NCBI GenBank assembly: GCA_044892505.1
Contig: CM097883.1
Coordinates: 410,626,001-410,690,000 of the forward strand
Direction of reading: 5' to 3'
Length of the DNA stretch: 64,000 nucleotides
Origin: Schmidtea nova
Taxonomy: Eukaryota
This document shows positions 1-12,031 of the stretch, piece by piece. Position 1 is the stretch's first letter. Each line of letters starts with the position of its first letter. The notes under the pieces are model-generated. The model did no database searches. It worked only from the letters and a program-made list of their open reading frames with translations, and was not told where the DNA came from. A program made the position numbers and the translations under genes.

Positions 1-592
1 GCATTAGGCCAATCACAAAACAGCAAGGCAAATCAATAGTCAAAATATTTATCGCAACCAATCAAAACACTTCGTAAAAAGCAAATAAAGCACTTCTTAT
101 ACCCACCCGAGACAAGCAAAACCTTAATAAATTTCCGTTGTGCAACCATCTGTATTTGCTCCTTTAGCACAAAGTTTCTCGAAACACGGGAAATCACTAA
201 ATTATACACACAAACCGATCCTTCGCCATCAAACAAACTCTATAATATTGATTTATTCTAGTCGGTCAGTTTTTGATTTTTATCCAATCTAGATGGAAGA
301 ACTGCAGAAAACAATTATTTGTCAATTATTATTTATTGTTTTTGTCGCTAATTATACACCAGCATCTCCGCTACTAATTTAAGGAGACTCAGGCTCAACA
401 AATTCCTTTCGACATTTATAACAAGTAGCCTAGCAACAGCCGATGTTCCCAACATGTATTACACCACAGCCAATCAAACATCAAGCCAATGACAAAGCAT
501 CAAAGCTAATCGATAAAAACAATCAATAAAGTCAAAATTCATAAATATTTATTTCAACCAATCAAAACAGCCCCATAAAAAGTGCCCATAAA

Positions 593-2221
593 TCACTCCT
601 GCAGCCCGCCCGAGACCGGCAAAACCTTCATCACCTTGCCCTGGGCGATCGTCTGCATCTGCTCCCTCAACACGAACCTCCCGAGCTGCGGGAAATCCCT
701 GAAATTCTCCAGACAAACAATTCCCTCCTTGACCTCCAGCCGCACCATCACGAGGTCACCGGCTCGGATGAATTTCGGGAACTTCTGGACGCAGACTTTC
801 GGATTCTTCTTGTCCAATAAGCCGAGGATTTTCGCGATTTGCACCTCCCTGGCGATCGAGTGCAGGTGGATCATCGCGCTGAACCCTGCACAAATAATCG
901 ATTTGATGTCGCCGACAAGGATTTGCGCGTCAAACAGATTGGACGCCTTGCAGAGGTTGCCGGCGGAACACAGCACAAATCCCGATCCGATCTCTTCCTC
1001 CTCGACATTCTTCACGCGCAGCCGCACGTTGTCACCGGCAATCGCAATCTCGCATTCGATGTCGTCCTTGCTGATCTGCTGGATCTCGATTGGCTTCTCT
1101 ATCGGCATCAGCACGTAACTGCTGCTGTTTGATTGGCTGCTCTTCTTTATGTAGCCGTTCTCCACCTTCCCGATGATGTTTGTCGTCCCCATGTCCTTGT
1201 ACTTGTCCAATATCGTCAGTCGCAGCGGCCCGTTCACGTTCCTGTCAATCGCCGGCATTTCATTGAGGTATTCCAGCAGGGTGGGCCCCTTGTACCAGCT
1301 GCCCTCCTGGCCTCCCTGCGGCGGCCGCTCCTTCAGAAATGCGCCCGTGTAACCCGAGCACGGCATGAAATGCACATCGGCATCGCTTTTCGGGTTGAAT
1401 CCGGTCTTCCTGAGGAACGGGATCAATTTATCCCGGCAATATTTGTAGCGCTCCTCCTGCCAGTTCACAGACGGGTCATCCATTTTGTTGATCAGCACAA
1501 TCAGCCGCTTCACGCCAGACGTTTTCACCAGCACTGTGTGCTCCTGTGTTTGCCCGCCTTTCTCGAACCCGGCCTCAAATTCACCGATTCGTGCGCTAAT
1601 TACCAGAATCGCAATATCTGCCTGACTGGAACCGCTGATCATGTTTGCTATGTACGATTTATGACCCGGTGCGTCGAGCAGGGTGAAATGTTTGCGCTCG
1701 GTTTCAAATGATGCACGGCCGCATTCCACGGTTATTCCTTTTGCTCGCTCATCTTCATTTAGGTCGAGCGCCCAGGAATGAAACCAGGATTCTCGGTTCA
1801 TTTCTTTTGCTTTTCGTTGGTTCTTTTCGAGATCTCTCTGGTCAATATTGCCTGTTAGGTAGAGCAAATGACCGCCGATTGTTGATTTACCAGCATCGAC
1901 ATGGCCGATAAAAACGAGGTTGACGAATTCTTTGCTGGGAATATATTGCAATGGTTGTTGTGGTACCTGTAATTCTTCTTGTTGCTGTTGTGGCTGTCTG
2001 GAATTTGTTTCTGGTTTTTCAGGTTTTTCATTATCATTGTCAGAAGATTGAACATTTACATCTTCTGTTGTTGTTTCTATTGTAGTTACGGCTCTGTTAT
2101 TTTCAGTGCTGCTATTATTATCTGTAACTTCTGGTGCAGTAGTAGTAGCACCACCAAATCTTGGAACAAATGTTGGTGCATTGATATTTAGGTTACTTAA
2201 TTGTTCTTCCCACGAAGTCAT
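593..2221 (-). CDS. GSPT1: Eukaryotic peptide chain release factor GTP-binding subunit eRF3 (Sup35/GSPT), intronless, copy 1
   Basis: 542-aa ORF. It has an N-terminal PAM2-like motif (LNINAPTFVP), G1 GHVDAGKST, switch GITVE, DAPGH, NKMD, and EF1A-like domains II/III ending in GRFVLREQMQTIAQGKV. The motifs FIGHVDAGKSTIGGHLLYLTG and RESWFHSWALD are typical of eRF3. Confidence 0.95.
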   Translation of the reverse strand: MTSWEEQLSNLNINAPTFVPRFGGATTTAPEVTDNNSSTENNRAVTTIETTTEDVNVQSSDNDNEKPEKPETNSRQPQQQQEELQVPQQPLQYIPSKEFVNLVFIGHVDAGKSTIGGHLLYLTGNIDQRDLEKNQRKAKEMNRESWFHSWALDLNEDERAKGITVECGRASFETERKHFTLLDAPGHKSYIANMISGSSQADIAILVISARIGEFEAGFEKGGQTQEHTVLVKTSGVKRLIVLINKMDDPSVNWQEERYKYCRDKLIPFLRKTGFNPKSDADVHFMPCSGYTGAFLKERPPQGGQEGSWYKGPTLLEYLNEMPAIDRNVNGPLRLTILDKYKDMGTTNIIGKVENGYIKKSSQSNSSSYVLMPIEKPIEIQQISKDDIECEIAIAGDNVRLRVKNVEEEEIGSGFVLCSAGNLCKASNLFDAQILVGDIKSIICAGFSAMIHLHSIAREVQIAKILGLLDKKNPKVCVQKFPKFIRAGDLVMVRLEVKEGIVCLENFRDFPQLGRFVLREQMQTIAQGKVMKVLPVSGGLQE

Positions 2222-5200
2222 AGCTTCTTGATTTGAAATTGATAGAAAAAATAATATATTATTTAAACAAAGGTTTATTTATATAAAAAATCGAAATTTT
2301 ATAATATTGATAAAATTTAATAACATTTTGTAATAAATAATAACATTTAATAAATTAAAAACATTTAATTAAATTAAATTAAATATAATACATTTAGTTA
2401 ATTTAAATTACATTTAAGATGCATGTAAAAAAATTCTAGAAATCGATCAATTTTTACGGTTTCTTGACGCAACTTGGCTTGAATCTAAATTTGTAGACCA
2501 AAATATATTTTTTAAATCAATATTGGTATTTTGTATGTAAATATATACCATAATATTTATGAAATACTATTAAATTTATATTAATGTAGTTATTCGTATT
2601 TATATAAATGTACCTAAAGTTCAACCTTAAACACTATCATGTGATTTACACTCATCAAATATTTATGTGAAATCAACTTCTTGCTCATACTCTATTGCCG
2701 AATATGTGAAATTCCAATTTAATCAAACTCTTACTCGAATAGAATCATGGTTCTTTGAATCATAATATATAAAAAAACCCGTAAATTGGCAAACTATTTT
2801 AAAAACATATAAAGTAAATATAGAAACCTTCGTCAACTCACCTATGGAGACGAACTATTAAAGAATCCGTATATTCTCCAAAGCTTAGTATCTACAACAG
2901 CCATGAACCTATTAAATTATTCACCCGGTAAACCATAACTTTTATGGTCAAAACTGTCTTTTAGAATTACTCATTTCGTACGTCATATATGCTGAAAATT
3001 TAGTAAGTAAGAGTGTCTAAAATTTCCGAAGTTAGCAGTGAATAAAATAAGATCCTTATAATGTTAAAGATTGTTTAATTTGTAGAGGAAGAGAGATTTT
3101 CTGTATTAGTGTATGAAATAATGATACGAACCAACAACTATTTACCCTAAATGGATCTTGGATATAATGAAACTAGAGACATATTTGAATAAAATGTAAT
3201 AATAGAAAATCATATTAATCAATAAACGAAGTGATCAGTAAAATTTTTAATTAAACTTCTTCAAAGAAAAATTTTCATAAAAAATTACAAATAAAAACAT
3301 CATAAAAATACCTATCATCGAAGAAAAGAATTTTACAATTTCAAAATTTTATTAAAATTCTACATTTACCAACAAGAGGAAAATATTCCATAAATAATCA
3401 ATGAAATGCGCTCCATATGAAAATCTTATTTTCGCTGAAAAATTTCCATATTTGTAATGTTGAGTTATTGGGTTTTTGGTGAAGTGTAAAATTTACCAAT
3501 CAAATCTCTGACCATAAAGCGTCCTCTTTTTGATCCACAAAATAACAATTCTCAGTCAATATAAACCTGATTTTGTTTTTCGTGTTTTTTTCGTTTTCCA
3601 ATTTTGGAGTTTCTTTTCTGCTTTCTTGCACTTATTAATTATAAGCGACTTTTGTCCGCTTTGTTGTTGAGCTCCTTTTCTTATGTTATTCCTTCCTCAT
3701 TTCTCACTTTTTCACTTTTCTGTTTTCATCTCTAAACTCCAGAATGCTATCTCAATTACAATATCGGTTTTCCCTCAAGATATTCAAATTGTCTATGATA
3801 TTATTTATTATTTAGGTATTTTCAACAGTAAGATTGAGGCTAAAAATCATTTCAATGAAAATGTAAATTTTCAATTTAGTTAGAAATTACTCCGTAACCA
3901 GTTGATTAATCATGTTGAAATTGTAAGAACTAAAATAATAGAAGAAAATTAATAAACAACTGAAAATAATTATATTTTTTACTGATAGAGATATATTTTG
4001 TTCCAGGATTTCAGTAATTGAAAATTAGAATCAACAGAAAATAAAATCTGATCGAATTTCAAAACGGGAAATAAAAAACCTATATTTCGAAATGAAAAAT
4101 CAATATTTAATATAAGAACTTACTTTTTATAGTATAAGCCGACCAATCGGGTAGTAATTTGGATCGAATCAGAAATAAATCAAAAATTCTTATATATAAA
4201 ATTATAATGTATAAAATCAAATGTAGTAGTTATTTTCTAATTTTTCTACGTATTTTAAATAGGTCCCAAGATAGTTTCTTGATTTTCTAAAGTAAATTAA
4301 AACACTAACGCATTTTATTAGTCTTGTATAGTCTGAAAGGAAAAATTCAAATTCTAAAATGATAAGAATTTTAAGCGGTACTGTTGCTGGTTACTAAGGA
4401 CTCGACTGAAATTTAAATCTGAAATAGTTTTATTTTAATTTAAATCTGGAATAATTTTATCTAATTAGTGCAAATTACTTAACCTTTTCAGATGAGATTG
4501 AAACCCAAAAAAAATTTCCTTGAGTTAAAAATTATATTAAATTTAAGTTTGATTTTAACACTAGTTAAATCTGAATTTGATCAATAACTGTAATACGCCT
4601 TATTTGGGTTAGGTAAATTCAGATACTGGTTTCCATTGGGTAATGAACATCTCTAATAGCAAATAGATGTTCCGAACCGGGTGTTAACAAAGATTGACGG
4701 ATGAGTTTCTCCGTTAGTATAATTCTTTGGGAAATGTTGATTGTGTTTGTTGTTATTTGCCCAAACGAAGTAATGCATAGTGACTGAATGATGAATTTTT
4801 TCCCTTTGGAACTAGGATGTTCGATAGGAAAATAAATTGCGTTGATTTACTTTTGATAAGCTATTCGAGTGTATGACGAATATTTGCGAGTGATGAATTA
4901 ATTTTGTACAATCCACAACTCTCTATGCTTTACTTTTTTACTAAAGATTTTTAAAAACGATCTAAAAGTTAAGACGTTTTTTTCATCTTCATCAAATTTA
5001 TTTTGTTCTACAAATTTAGATTCAAGCCAAGTTGCGTCAAGAAACCGTAAAAATTGATCGATTTCTAGAATTTTTTTACATGCATCTTAAATGTAATACA
5101 AATTAACTAAATGTATTATATTTAATTTAATTTAATTAAATGTTTTTAATTTATTAAATGTTATTATTTATTACAAAATGTTATTAAATTTTATCAATAT

Positions 5201-5282
5201 TATAAAATTTCGATTTTTTATATAAATAAACCTTTGTTTAAATAATATATTATTTTTTCTATCAATTTCAAATCAAGAAGCT

Positions 5283-6911
5283 ATGACTTCGTGGGAAGAA
5301 CAATTAAGTAACCTAAATATCAATGCACCAACATTTGTTCCAAGATTTGGTGGTGCTACTACTACTGCACCAGAAGTTACAGATAATAATAGCAGCACTG
5401 AAAATAACAGAGCCGTAACTACAATAGAAACAACAACAGAAGATGTAAATGTTCAATCTTCTGACAATGATAATGAAAAACCTGAAAAACCAGAAACAAA
5501 TTCCAGACAGCCACAACAGCAACAAGAAGAATTACAGGTACCACAACAACCATTGCAATATATTCCCAGCAAAGAATTCGTCAACCTCGTTTTTATCGGC
5601 CATGTCGATGCTGGTAAATCAACAATCGGCGGTCATTTGCTCTACCTAACAGGCAATATTGACCAGAGAGATCTCGAAAAGAACCAACGAAAAGCAAAAG
5701 AAATGAACCGAGAATCCTGGTTTCATTCCTGGGCGCTCGACCTAAATGAAGATGAGCGAGCAAAAGGAATAACCGTGGAATGCGGCCGTGCATCATTTGA
5801 AACCGAGCGCAAACATTTCACCCTGCTCGACGCACCGGGTCATAAATCGTACATAGCAAACATGATCAGCGGTTCCAGTCAGGCAGATATTGCGATTCTG
5901 GTAATTAGCGCACGAATCGGTGAATTTGAGGCCGGGTTCGAGAAAGGCGGGCAAACACAGGAGCACACAGTGCTGGTGAAAACGTCGGGCGTGAAGCGGC
6001 TGATTGTGCTGATCAACAAAATGGATGACCCGTCTGTAAACTGGCAGGAGGAGCGCTACAAATATTGCCGGGATAAATTGATCCCATTCCTCAGGAAGAC
6101 CGGATTCAACCCGAAAAGCGATGCCGATGTGCATTTCATGCCGTGCTCGGGTTACACGGGCGCATTTCTGAAGGAGCGGCCGCCGCAGGGAGGCCAGGAG
6201 GGCAGCTGGTACAAGGGGCCCACCCTGCTGGAATACCTCAATGAAATGCCGGCGATTGACAGGAACGTGAACGGGCCGCTGCGACTGACGATATTGGACA
6301 AGTACAAGGACATGGGGACGACAAACATCATCGGGAAGGTGGAGAACGGCTACATAAAGAAGAGCAGCCAATCAAACAGCAGCAGTTACGTGCTGATGCC
6401 GATAGAGAAGCCAATCGAGATCCAGCAGATCAGCAAGGACGACATCGAATGCGAGATTGCGATTGCCGGTGACAACGTGCGGCTGCGCGTGAAGAATGTC
6501 GAGGAGGAAGAGATCGGATCGGGATTTGTGCTGTGTTCCGCCGGCAACCTCTGCAAGGCGTCCAATCTGTTTGACGCGCAAATCCTTGTCGGCGACATCA
6601 AATCGATTATTTGTGCAGGGTTCAGCGCGATGATCCACCTGCACTCGATCGCCAGGGAGGTGCAAATCGCGAAAATCCTCGGCTTATTGGACAAGAAGAA
6701 TCCGAAAGTCTGCGTCCAGAAGTTCCCGAAATTCATCCGAGCCGGTGACCTCGTGATGGTGCGGCTGGAGGTCAAGGAGGGAATTGTTTGTCTGGAGAAT
6801 TTCAGGGATTTCCCGCAGCTCGGGAGGTTCGTGTTGAGGGAGCAGATGCAGACGATCGCCCAGGGCAAGGTGATGAAGGTTTTGCCGGTCTCGGGCGGGC
6901 TGCAGGAGTGA
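5283..6911 (+). CDS. GSPT1: eRF3 (Sup35/GSPT), intronless, copy 2
   Basis: The protein is identical to copy 1 (542 aa). AATAAA at 6951-6956 lies 40 nt after the stop. Confidence 0.95.
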   Translation: MTSWEEQLSNLNINAPTFVPRFGGATTTAPEVTDNNSSTENNRAVTTIETTTEDVNVQSSDNDNEKPEKPETNSRQPQQQQEELQVPQQPLQYIPSKEFVNLVFIGHVDAGKSTIGGHLLYLTGNIDQRDLEKNQRKAKEMNRESWFHSWALDLNEDERAKGITVECGRASFETERKHFTLLDAPGHKSYIANMISGSSQADIAILVISARIGEFEAGFEKGGQTQEHTVLVKTSGVKRLIVLINKMDDPSVNWQEERYKYCRDKLIPFLRKTGFNPKSDADVHFMPCSGYTGAFLKERPPQGGQEGSWYKGPTLLEYLNEMPAIDRNVNGPLRLTILDKYKDMGTTNIIGKVENGYIKKSSQSNSSSYVLMPIEKPIEIQQISKDDIECEIAIAGDNVRLRVKNVEEEEIGSGFVLCSAGNLCKASNLFDAQILVGDIKSIICAGFSAMIHLHSIAREVQIAKILGLLDKKNPKVCVQKFPKFIRAGDLVMVRLEVKEGIVCLENFRDFPQLGRFVLREQMQTIAQGKVMKVLPVSGGLQE

Positions 6912-6937
6912 TTTATGGGCACTTTTTATGGGGCTGT

Positions 6938-7515
6938 TTTGATTGGTTGAAATAAATATTTATGAATTTTGACTTTATTGATTGTTTTTATCGATTAGCT
7001 TTGATGCTTTGTGATTGGCTTGATGTTTGATTGGCTGTGGTGTAATACATGTTGGGAACATCGGCTGTTGCTAGGCTACTTGTTATAAATGTCGAAAGGA
7101 ATTTGTTGAGCCTGAGTCTCCCTAAATTAGTATCGGAGATGCTGGTGTATAATTAGCGACAAAAACAATAAATAATAATTGACAAATAATTGTTTTCTGC
7201 AGTTCTTTTCATCTAGATTGGATAAAAATCGAAAACTGACCGACTAGAATAAAACAATATTTTAGAGTTTGTTTGATGGCGAAGGATCGGTTTGTGTGTA
7301 TAATTTAGTGATTTCCCGTGTTTCGAGAAACTTTGTGCTAAAGGAGCAAATACAGATGGTTGCACAACGGAAATTTATTAAGGTTTTGCTTGTCTCGGGT
7401 GGGTATAAGAAGTGCTTTATTTGCTTTTTACGAAGTGTTTTGATTGGTTGCGATAAATATTTTGACTATTGATTTGCCTTGCTGTTTTGTGATTGGCCTA
7501 ATGCCTGATTGGCTG
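6938..7515 (-). promoter_or_regulatory. Cluster of CCAAT-box-like motifs (RRCCAATCA) in the eRF3 3' flank, mirrored at 1-570
   Basis: TGATTGG occurs at ~6940, 7013, 7028, 7441, 7490 and 7506. These read as AACCAATCA, AGCCAATCA, CAGCCAATCA and GGCCAATCA on the minus strand, matching the NF-Y consensus. Function is not shown. Confidence 0.35.
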
Positions 7516-8344
7516 TAATTTCTATCAGTAACAATAAACATTTTTGAAGGTTTATAACATAATGCTATGAGCAATCAAGTGAGAATGCAGAAGGGTATGT
7601 TGCACCATGATCCCTTAAAGCAATTACTTATAATAAACATGTTTTTATCTTATAGCGGGAGTATTAATTATTTGAATACTTAATTATAACTACTAATTCT
7701 TAATAAATGTTTTTGTATATTTTCTAGGTCATTTTCGATCAAAGAAAATATCTAAAAGTGACCTTTGATCGACAGAAGTGCCGATAATAGATATNNNNNN
7801 NNNNNNNNNNNNNNNNNNNNNNNNNNNNNNNNNNNNNNNNNNNNNNNNNNNNNNNNNNNNNNNNNNNNNNNNNNNNNNNNNNNNNNNNNNNNNNNNNNNN
7901 NNNNNNNNNNNNNNNNNNNNNNNNNNNNNNAATACGTTATTTTCAATAAAATCCGGTATTATCTGCATACAATCCAACAGAATCAACTATTATTTTTAAT
8001 ATAATAAAAATTATAATAATGTTTATTATACTAGTAATAATTATAATTATACTAATAATAATGATTATAATAAATATCATAATAATATTAACAATAATTA
8101 TATTAATAGAAAAACGCCAACTAAGTAAATTCAACATAATCGCGATATATTTCGATTGTTTAGCAATCTTCGTCAGGCAGTGATAATCAATAATAAAATA
8201 GAAAATATGTCATATCTAAACAAATTTTTGGTATATCAAAATTCTAATTTTAAAATTTAAAAAAAAATTTAAAATGTTCACAAAAAACAAACATATTTAT
8301 ACCACAAACACAATTCGCAACATTCTAATAATAATTATTATAAT

Positions 8345-8511
8345 ATATCAATAATTTCCATAATGGTATTATTATAGTTCAAAATTTATTTTTATTACAA
8401 GTACACAATATTTCGGCCCAGTCTTTATAAAATTTGTGTATTTCAAGCGGTAAATACACACTTGATAAAGGTTGTGCCGTAATATTTTGTATTTGTAATA
8501 AAAATAAATTT

Positions 8512-8597
<86 letters not shown>

Positions 8598-8660
8598 TTA
8601 TGGAAATTATTGATATTAATAAAAAGAGATCAAAGGTGAAAGAATAGGATAATTATGATA
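8345..8660. repeat. AT-rich foldback (palindromic) repeat-family copy with (TA)n expansion at ~8513-8595
   Basis: The left arm (tatcaataatttccataatgg...caaaatttatttttattacaagtacacaatatttcggcccagtctttat) is an imperfect reverse complement of the right arm (ataaaggttgtgccgtaatattttgtatttgtaataaaaataaattttgat-(ta)n-tcattatggaaattattgata). Confidence 0.7.
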
Positions 8661-10639
8661 TAATTATATTAATTATAATAAATGAACAATTCACGAATAT
8701 GAAAGCCGATTAGGCTCAAAAGACAAACTTTCAAACACAATTAAATAAATTACAGAATGAGTTAATGAGAAAGAACCAGAATCATGTAAAATGAATTATT
8801 TGTATTTCTTGAAATACACGATCTTGTGGATGAACATAATTTAATAAAAATCTGAAGATTATACATTAGAGATATTTCAAAATGATTTGAAAAATCCTGT
8901 AGAAAAATTCCAAAGTCATAATAAGTATTTTGCCAAGAAGAAATTTATAGTTTGAGGTTGACTAGTAGTCAATTAAGAAAACAGTTATCATTGTGAAAAA
9001 AGTAATGCTTAAACAAAAATACAAAATATTTTAAGATCAACTACTAATATCTCAGGGTAATGATAGATGTTTTTAAAAAATAAATTATAAAATGATCCTG
9101 CAAATCGTGATAACTCTAAAAATAGCAACTAATGCCTGAACAGTGGGTATTGTTAATAATTAATGATGCCCAATGTAAAGAACAATAATAATTTACTATA
9201 TAAACAAAGTGAATATTCACTCATATAATATTTTTGAGCCCAAGTAGAATTTCAAAGCTGGTAATCTTCTTCCGAAATTATGAAATCGATCTTGCAGTAT
9301 ATCGAGCTCAGGTAATCATTTTGTATTTGTGATATTAAATAAAATTTTTTAACCAGGCTTGACTTTTTTATTTATATAAGATCATCAAGTTGAGATTCGC
9401 AGAGCCTCAACAATAGTGTTATAAAAAATATTATTTAGCAAGTAATTAATGTAATACTTTTATGTAGTTCTTTTCAGTTATATATGATTTTTTTGAGAAA
9501 AAAATAATAAAGCCATATAATTGAGTAAGTTTGATGGTGAAGATGAGGATCAAGGATTGAATTGTTTGTTTGTATAATTTAGTGAATTCCCGCGCCTAAG
9601 ATTGTCTGTGCTATTTTTACAGTTGTACATAAAATATTGCATTTTTATTCAAGGTCCTTTTATAAATTTTAATAATCCCTGATTAAATTTTTGGACGACA
9701 AACTAGTTTTGCACAGGGACACTTCTCACTCACGGAGCGGCACTTCCTAGCATAATAAATGACATCAAATCAGCAGTCTGGAGCTTTATATGTTATCGTG
9801 TTATTTTATTGTGCAAGGTTTTGATAGTCGGTGGCAGTGGATACCAAACTATTTGTAACTACTTATTGTGATTGAACATGTTATTTGATATTCAATGTAA
9901 TTTAGAAGTTATTATTTATTTTGTTGGNNNNNNNNNNNNNNNNNNNNNNNNNNNNNNNNNNNNNNNNNNNNNNNNNNNNNNNNNNNNNNNNNNNNNNNNN
10001 NNNNNNNNNNNNNNNNNNNNNNNNNNNNNNNNNNNNNNNNNNNNNNNNNNNNNNNNNNNNNNNNNNNNNNNNNNNNNNNNNNNNNNNNNNNNNNNNNNNN
10101 NNATATTATACTATTAATTACTATAAATATAAATTAGAACATATAAATTACTATAAATAATAAATATTTATTTTTGGTAATTATATATATATTATTAGTA
10201 ATCAAAAATTAATAAAAATAAACTTTTAAATTGTTTTATTATTTTATTATTATAAATGCCTTTATCACAAAATAAGGCCTAATAATAGAGATAAGACGAC
10301 TTTCAGAAAATTGAAATAAAATGACACGATTTAAATTAATTAAGTTGAAATTAATGTAAAATTTAAAGTTTTTCATTAAAATTAACTACATAACGTCATT
10401 GTTTATTTATTTGAATTGGCTTTTATATAAACATTAAAAATATGTTAAAAAATATATTTTTATGAATACTTGATGATGGCAGGGAGTCTGTCTAAACATA
10501 TTGTTCGTTTGTTGTATAAATGGCGTTTTACCTTAATTAAAAGAAGAGTTTTTTTAAAAATAATTTTGATTTTATTTAATTCTATACGAAAACTATTTAT
10601 TTATATTGCAATATTTTTGAAAACAATTATTATAAATAT

Positions 10640-10830
10640 TTTCAATTTATCACAGATTTTCGACAGTATTTTTCTAATGCTAATTTGTACTATTTCAAAA
10701 TAAATTAATATTAACAATTATATTAAATACACACATTGAAATATACACTTGATAAAGGCTGTGCCAAAATATTGTGGTATTGTTTAAAAAAAAATTTTGA
10801 TCTATAGTCATCATTATGAGAATTATTTAA
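10640..10830. repeat. Partial copy of the same foldback repeat family
   Basis: acacttgataaaggctgtgccaaaatattgtgg...aaaaattttgatctatagtcatcattatgagaattatt matches the copies at 8.46, 52.96 and 60.14 kb. Confidence 0.65.
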
Positions 10831-11101
10831 AAATTTTTAAACGGCAATAATATTTTCAACTATTTTATTAAAAATTATGAAATTTAATTAAAATATTATT
10901 TTCAATGAGGATATTATAGTTATAACTTATGAAGAATTGACTAATCGTGTTTCCAGGTCAAATAATTTTTTTTTCAACAAATTTCTTACTGAATGTTTTA
11001 TTTATTGCTTCTCAAAATTGATATAAACTATTTTTAAAAAATGGTATAAAATTGTTTAAATATTATTGAATAAGCAAATAAGCATATAATTTATTAATAT
11101 C

Positions 11102-12031
11102 ATGAGTGAAAGAAAAGTTCTAAATAAGTATCATCCCCCAGACTTCGATCCGGGTAAAATACCCCGCTTGAAAGGAATGAAAAAAGAAAAAGTATTTTGC
11201 ATTCGAACTATGTCTCCTTTTAATATGATGTGTTTGACATGTAGGAATTACATATTTAAAGCAAAGAAATTCAATTCCCGTATGGAAGAATGTGAATACA
11301 CCTTCTTAAACTTGAAAGAATTTAGATTTTTCATAAAGTGCCCCACTTGCTGTTCAGAAATCGTGTACAGAACTGATAGGGAAAATAATGACTATGTGGT
11401 GGAATCTGGCGCGAAGCGGAGCTTTGAAGCTCACACAACAGCTATTAGGCTAGAAATTAAAGAAGCTGCTAAAGAAAAAGATGAGTTAGAGAAGAATCCA
11501 ATCAAAGCTCTCGAAAAGCGAACAGAAGAGTCTAAGAAAGAATTTCAAATGAGTAATAAAATTCAAGATTTAATGGAACAAAGTAAAAATGATCCATCTA
11601 GAGAAGAGATGATAGAAGATGCTATAGCGTTGTTAAGGAGAAGAAATGAAGTAAAGAAAATAAATCAAGATCAAGAACTGAAAGAGTTGGTTGAGAAACA
11701 AATAAATGATTTTCAACTGCAAAAAGAAAATCAACGAAAAGAAAACGCGAAATTACAAGTAAACGGATTTCTGTCGAAATTTCCAACAAATAATGCAGCC
11801 GAAACCGGAAAATTGAAGCTTATCAAGGAGATGGTAGAAAGAAAAAGAAAACTAGAATTAACAGATAAAAGAGAAGAGGTTATAAATGAACATAAAATAT
11901 TGAAACAGGAAGACCCAAAAGCAATACCAAATGAATGCGACTCAGAAACGACGGAAAACCATTCCAACGGGAGTCTTTCGGTGGGGAATATTCTTGGATT
12001 AAACTATTCCTCGGATAGTGAGGATGAATAA
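11102..12031 (+). CDS. YJU2: Splicing factor YJU2/CWC16 (CCDC94 family), intronless, copy 1 with native upstream region
   Basis: It starts MSERKVLNKYHPPDFDP and carries the family zinc-binding pairs CLTC and CPTC, KKFNSR, FRFFIKC and TDRENNDY, followed by a charged coiled-coil C-terminus. Confidence 0.93.
   Translation: MSERKVLNKYHPPDFDPGKIPRLKGMKKEKVFCIRTMSPFNMMCLTCRNYIFKAKKFNSRMEECEYTFLNLKEFRFFIKCPTCCSEIVYRTDRENNDYVVESGAKRSFEAHTTAIRLEIKEAAKEKDELEKNPIKALEKRTEESKKEFQMSNKIQDLMEQSKNDPSREEMIEDAIALLRRRNEVKKINQDQELKELVEKQINDFQLQKENQRKENAKLQVNGFLSKFPTNNAAETGKLKLIKEMVERKRKLELTDKREEVINEHKILKQEDPKAIPNECDSETTENHSNGSLSVGNILGLNYSSDSEDE

Larger units (their letters stand above)
1..7504. repeat. Large inverted duplication: arms 1..~2505 and ~4999..7504, spacer ~2.5 kb
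   Basis: Position 1 (gcattaggccaatc) is the reverse complement of 7491-7504 (gattggcctaatgc). The inner ends match up to tagaccaaaata (~2505) and tattttgttcta (~4999). The left arm may extend beyond the window start. Confidence 0.95.

Noticed and set aside
582-2191. Several ORFs overlapping eRF3 copy 1 and their mirrors at 5313-6922
   Set aside because: They are antisense or alternate-frame shadows of the GC-rich eRF3 CDS with no recognisable motifs.
2506-4998. Possible small-intron gene on the minus strand in the eRF3 spacer
   Set aside because: Some GT-AG segments of 33-39 nt exist, but my trial joins hit stop codons and gave no recognisable product.
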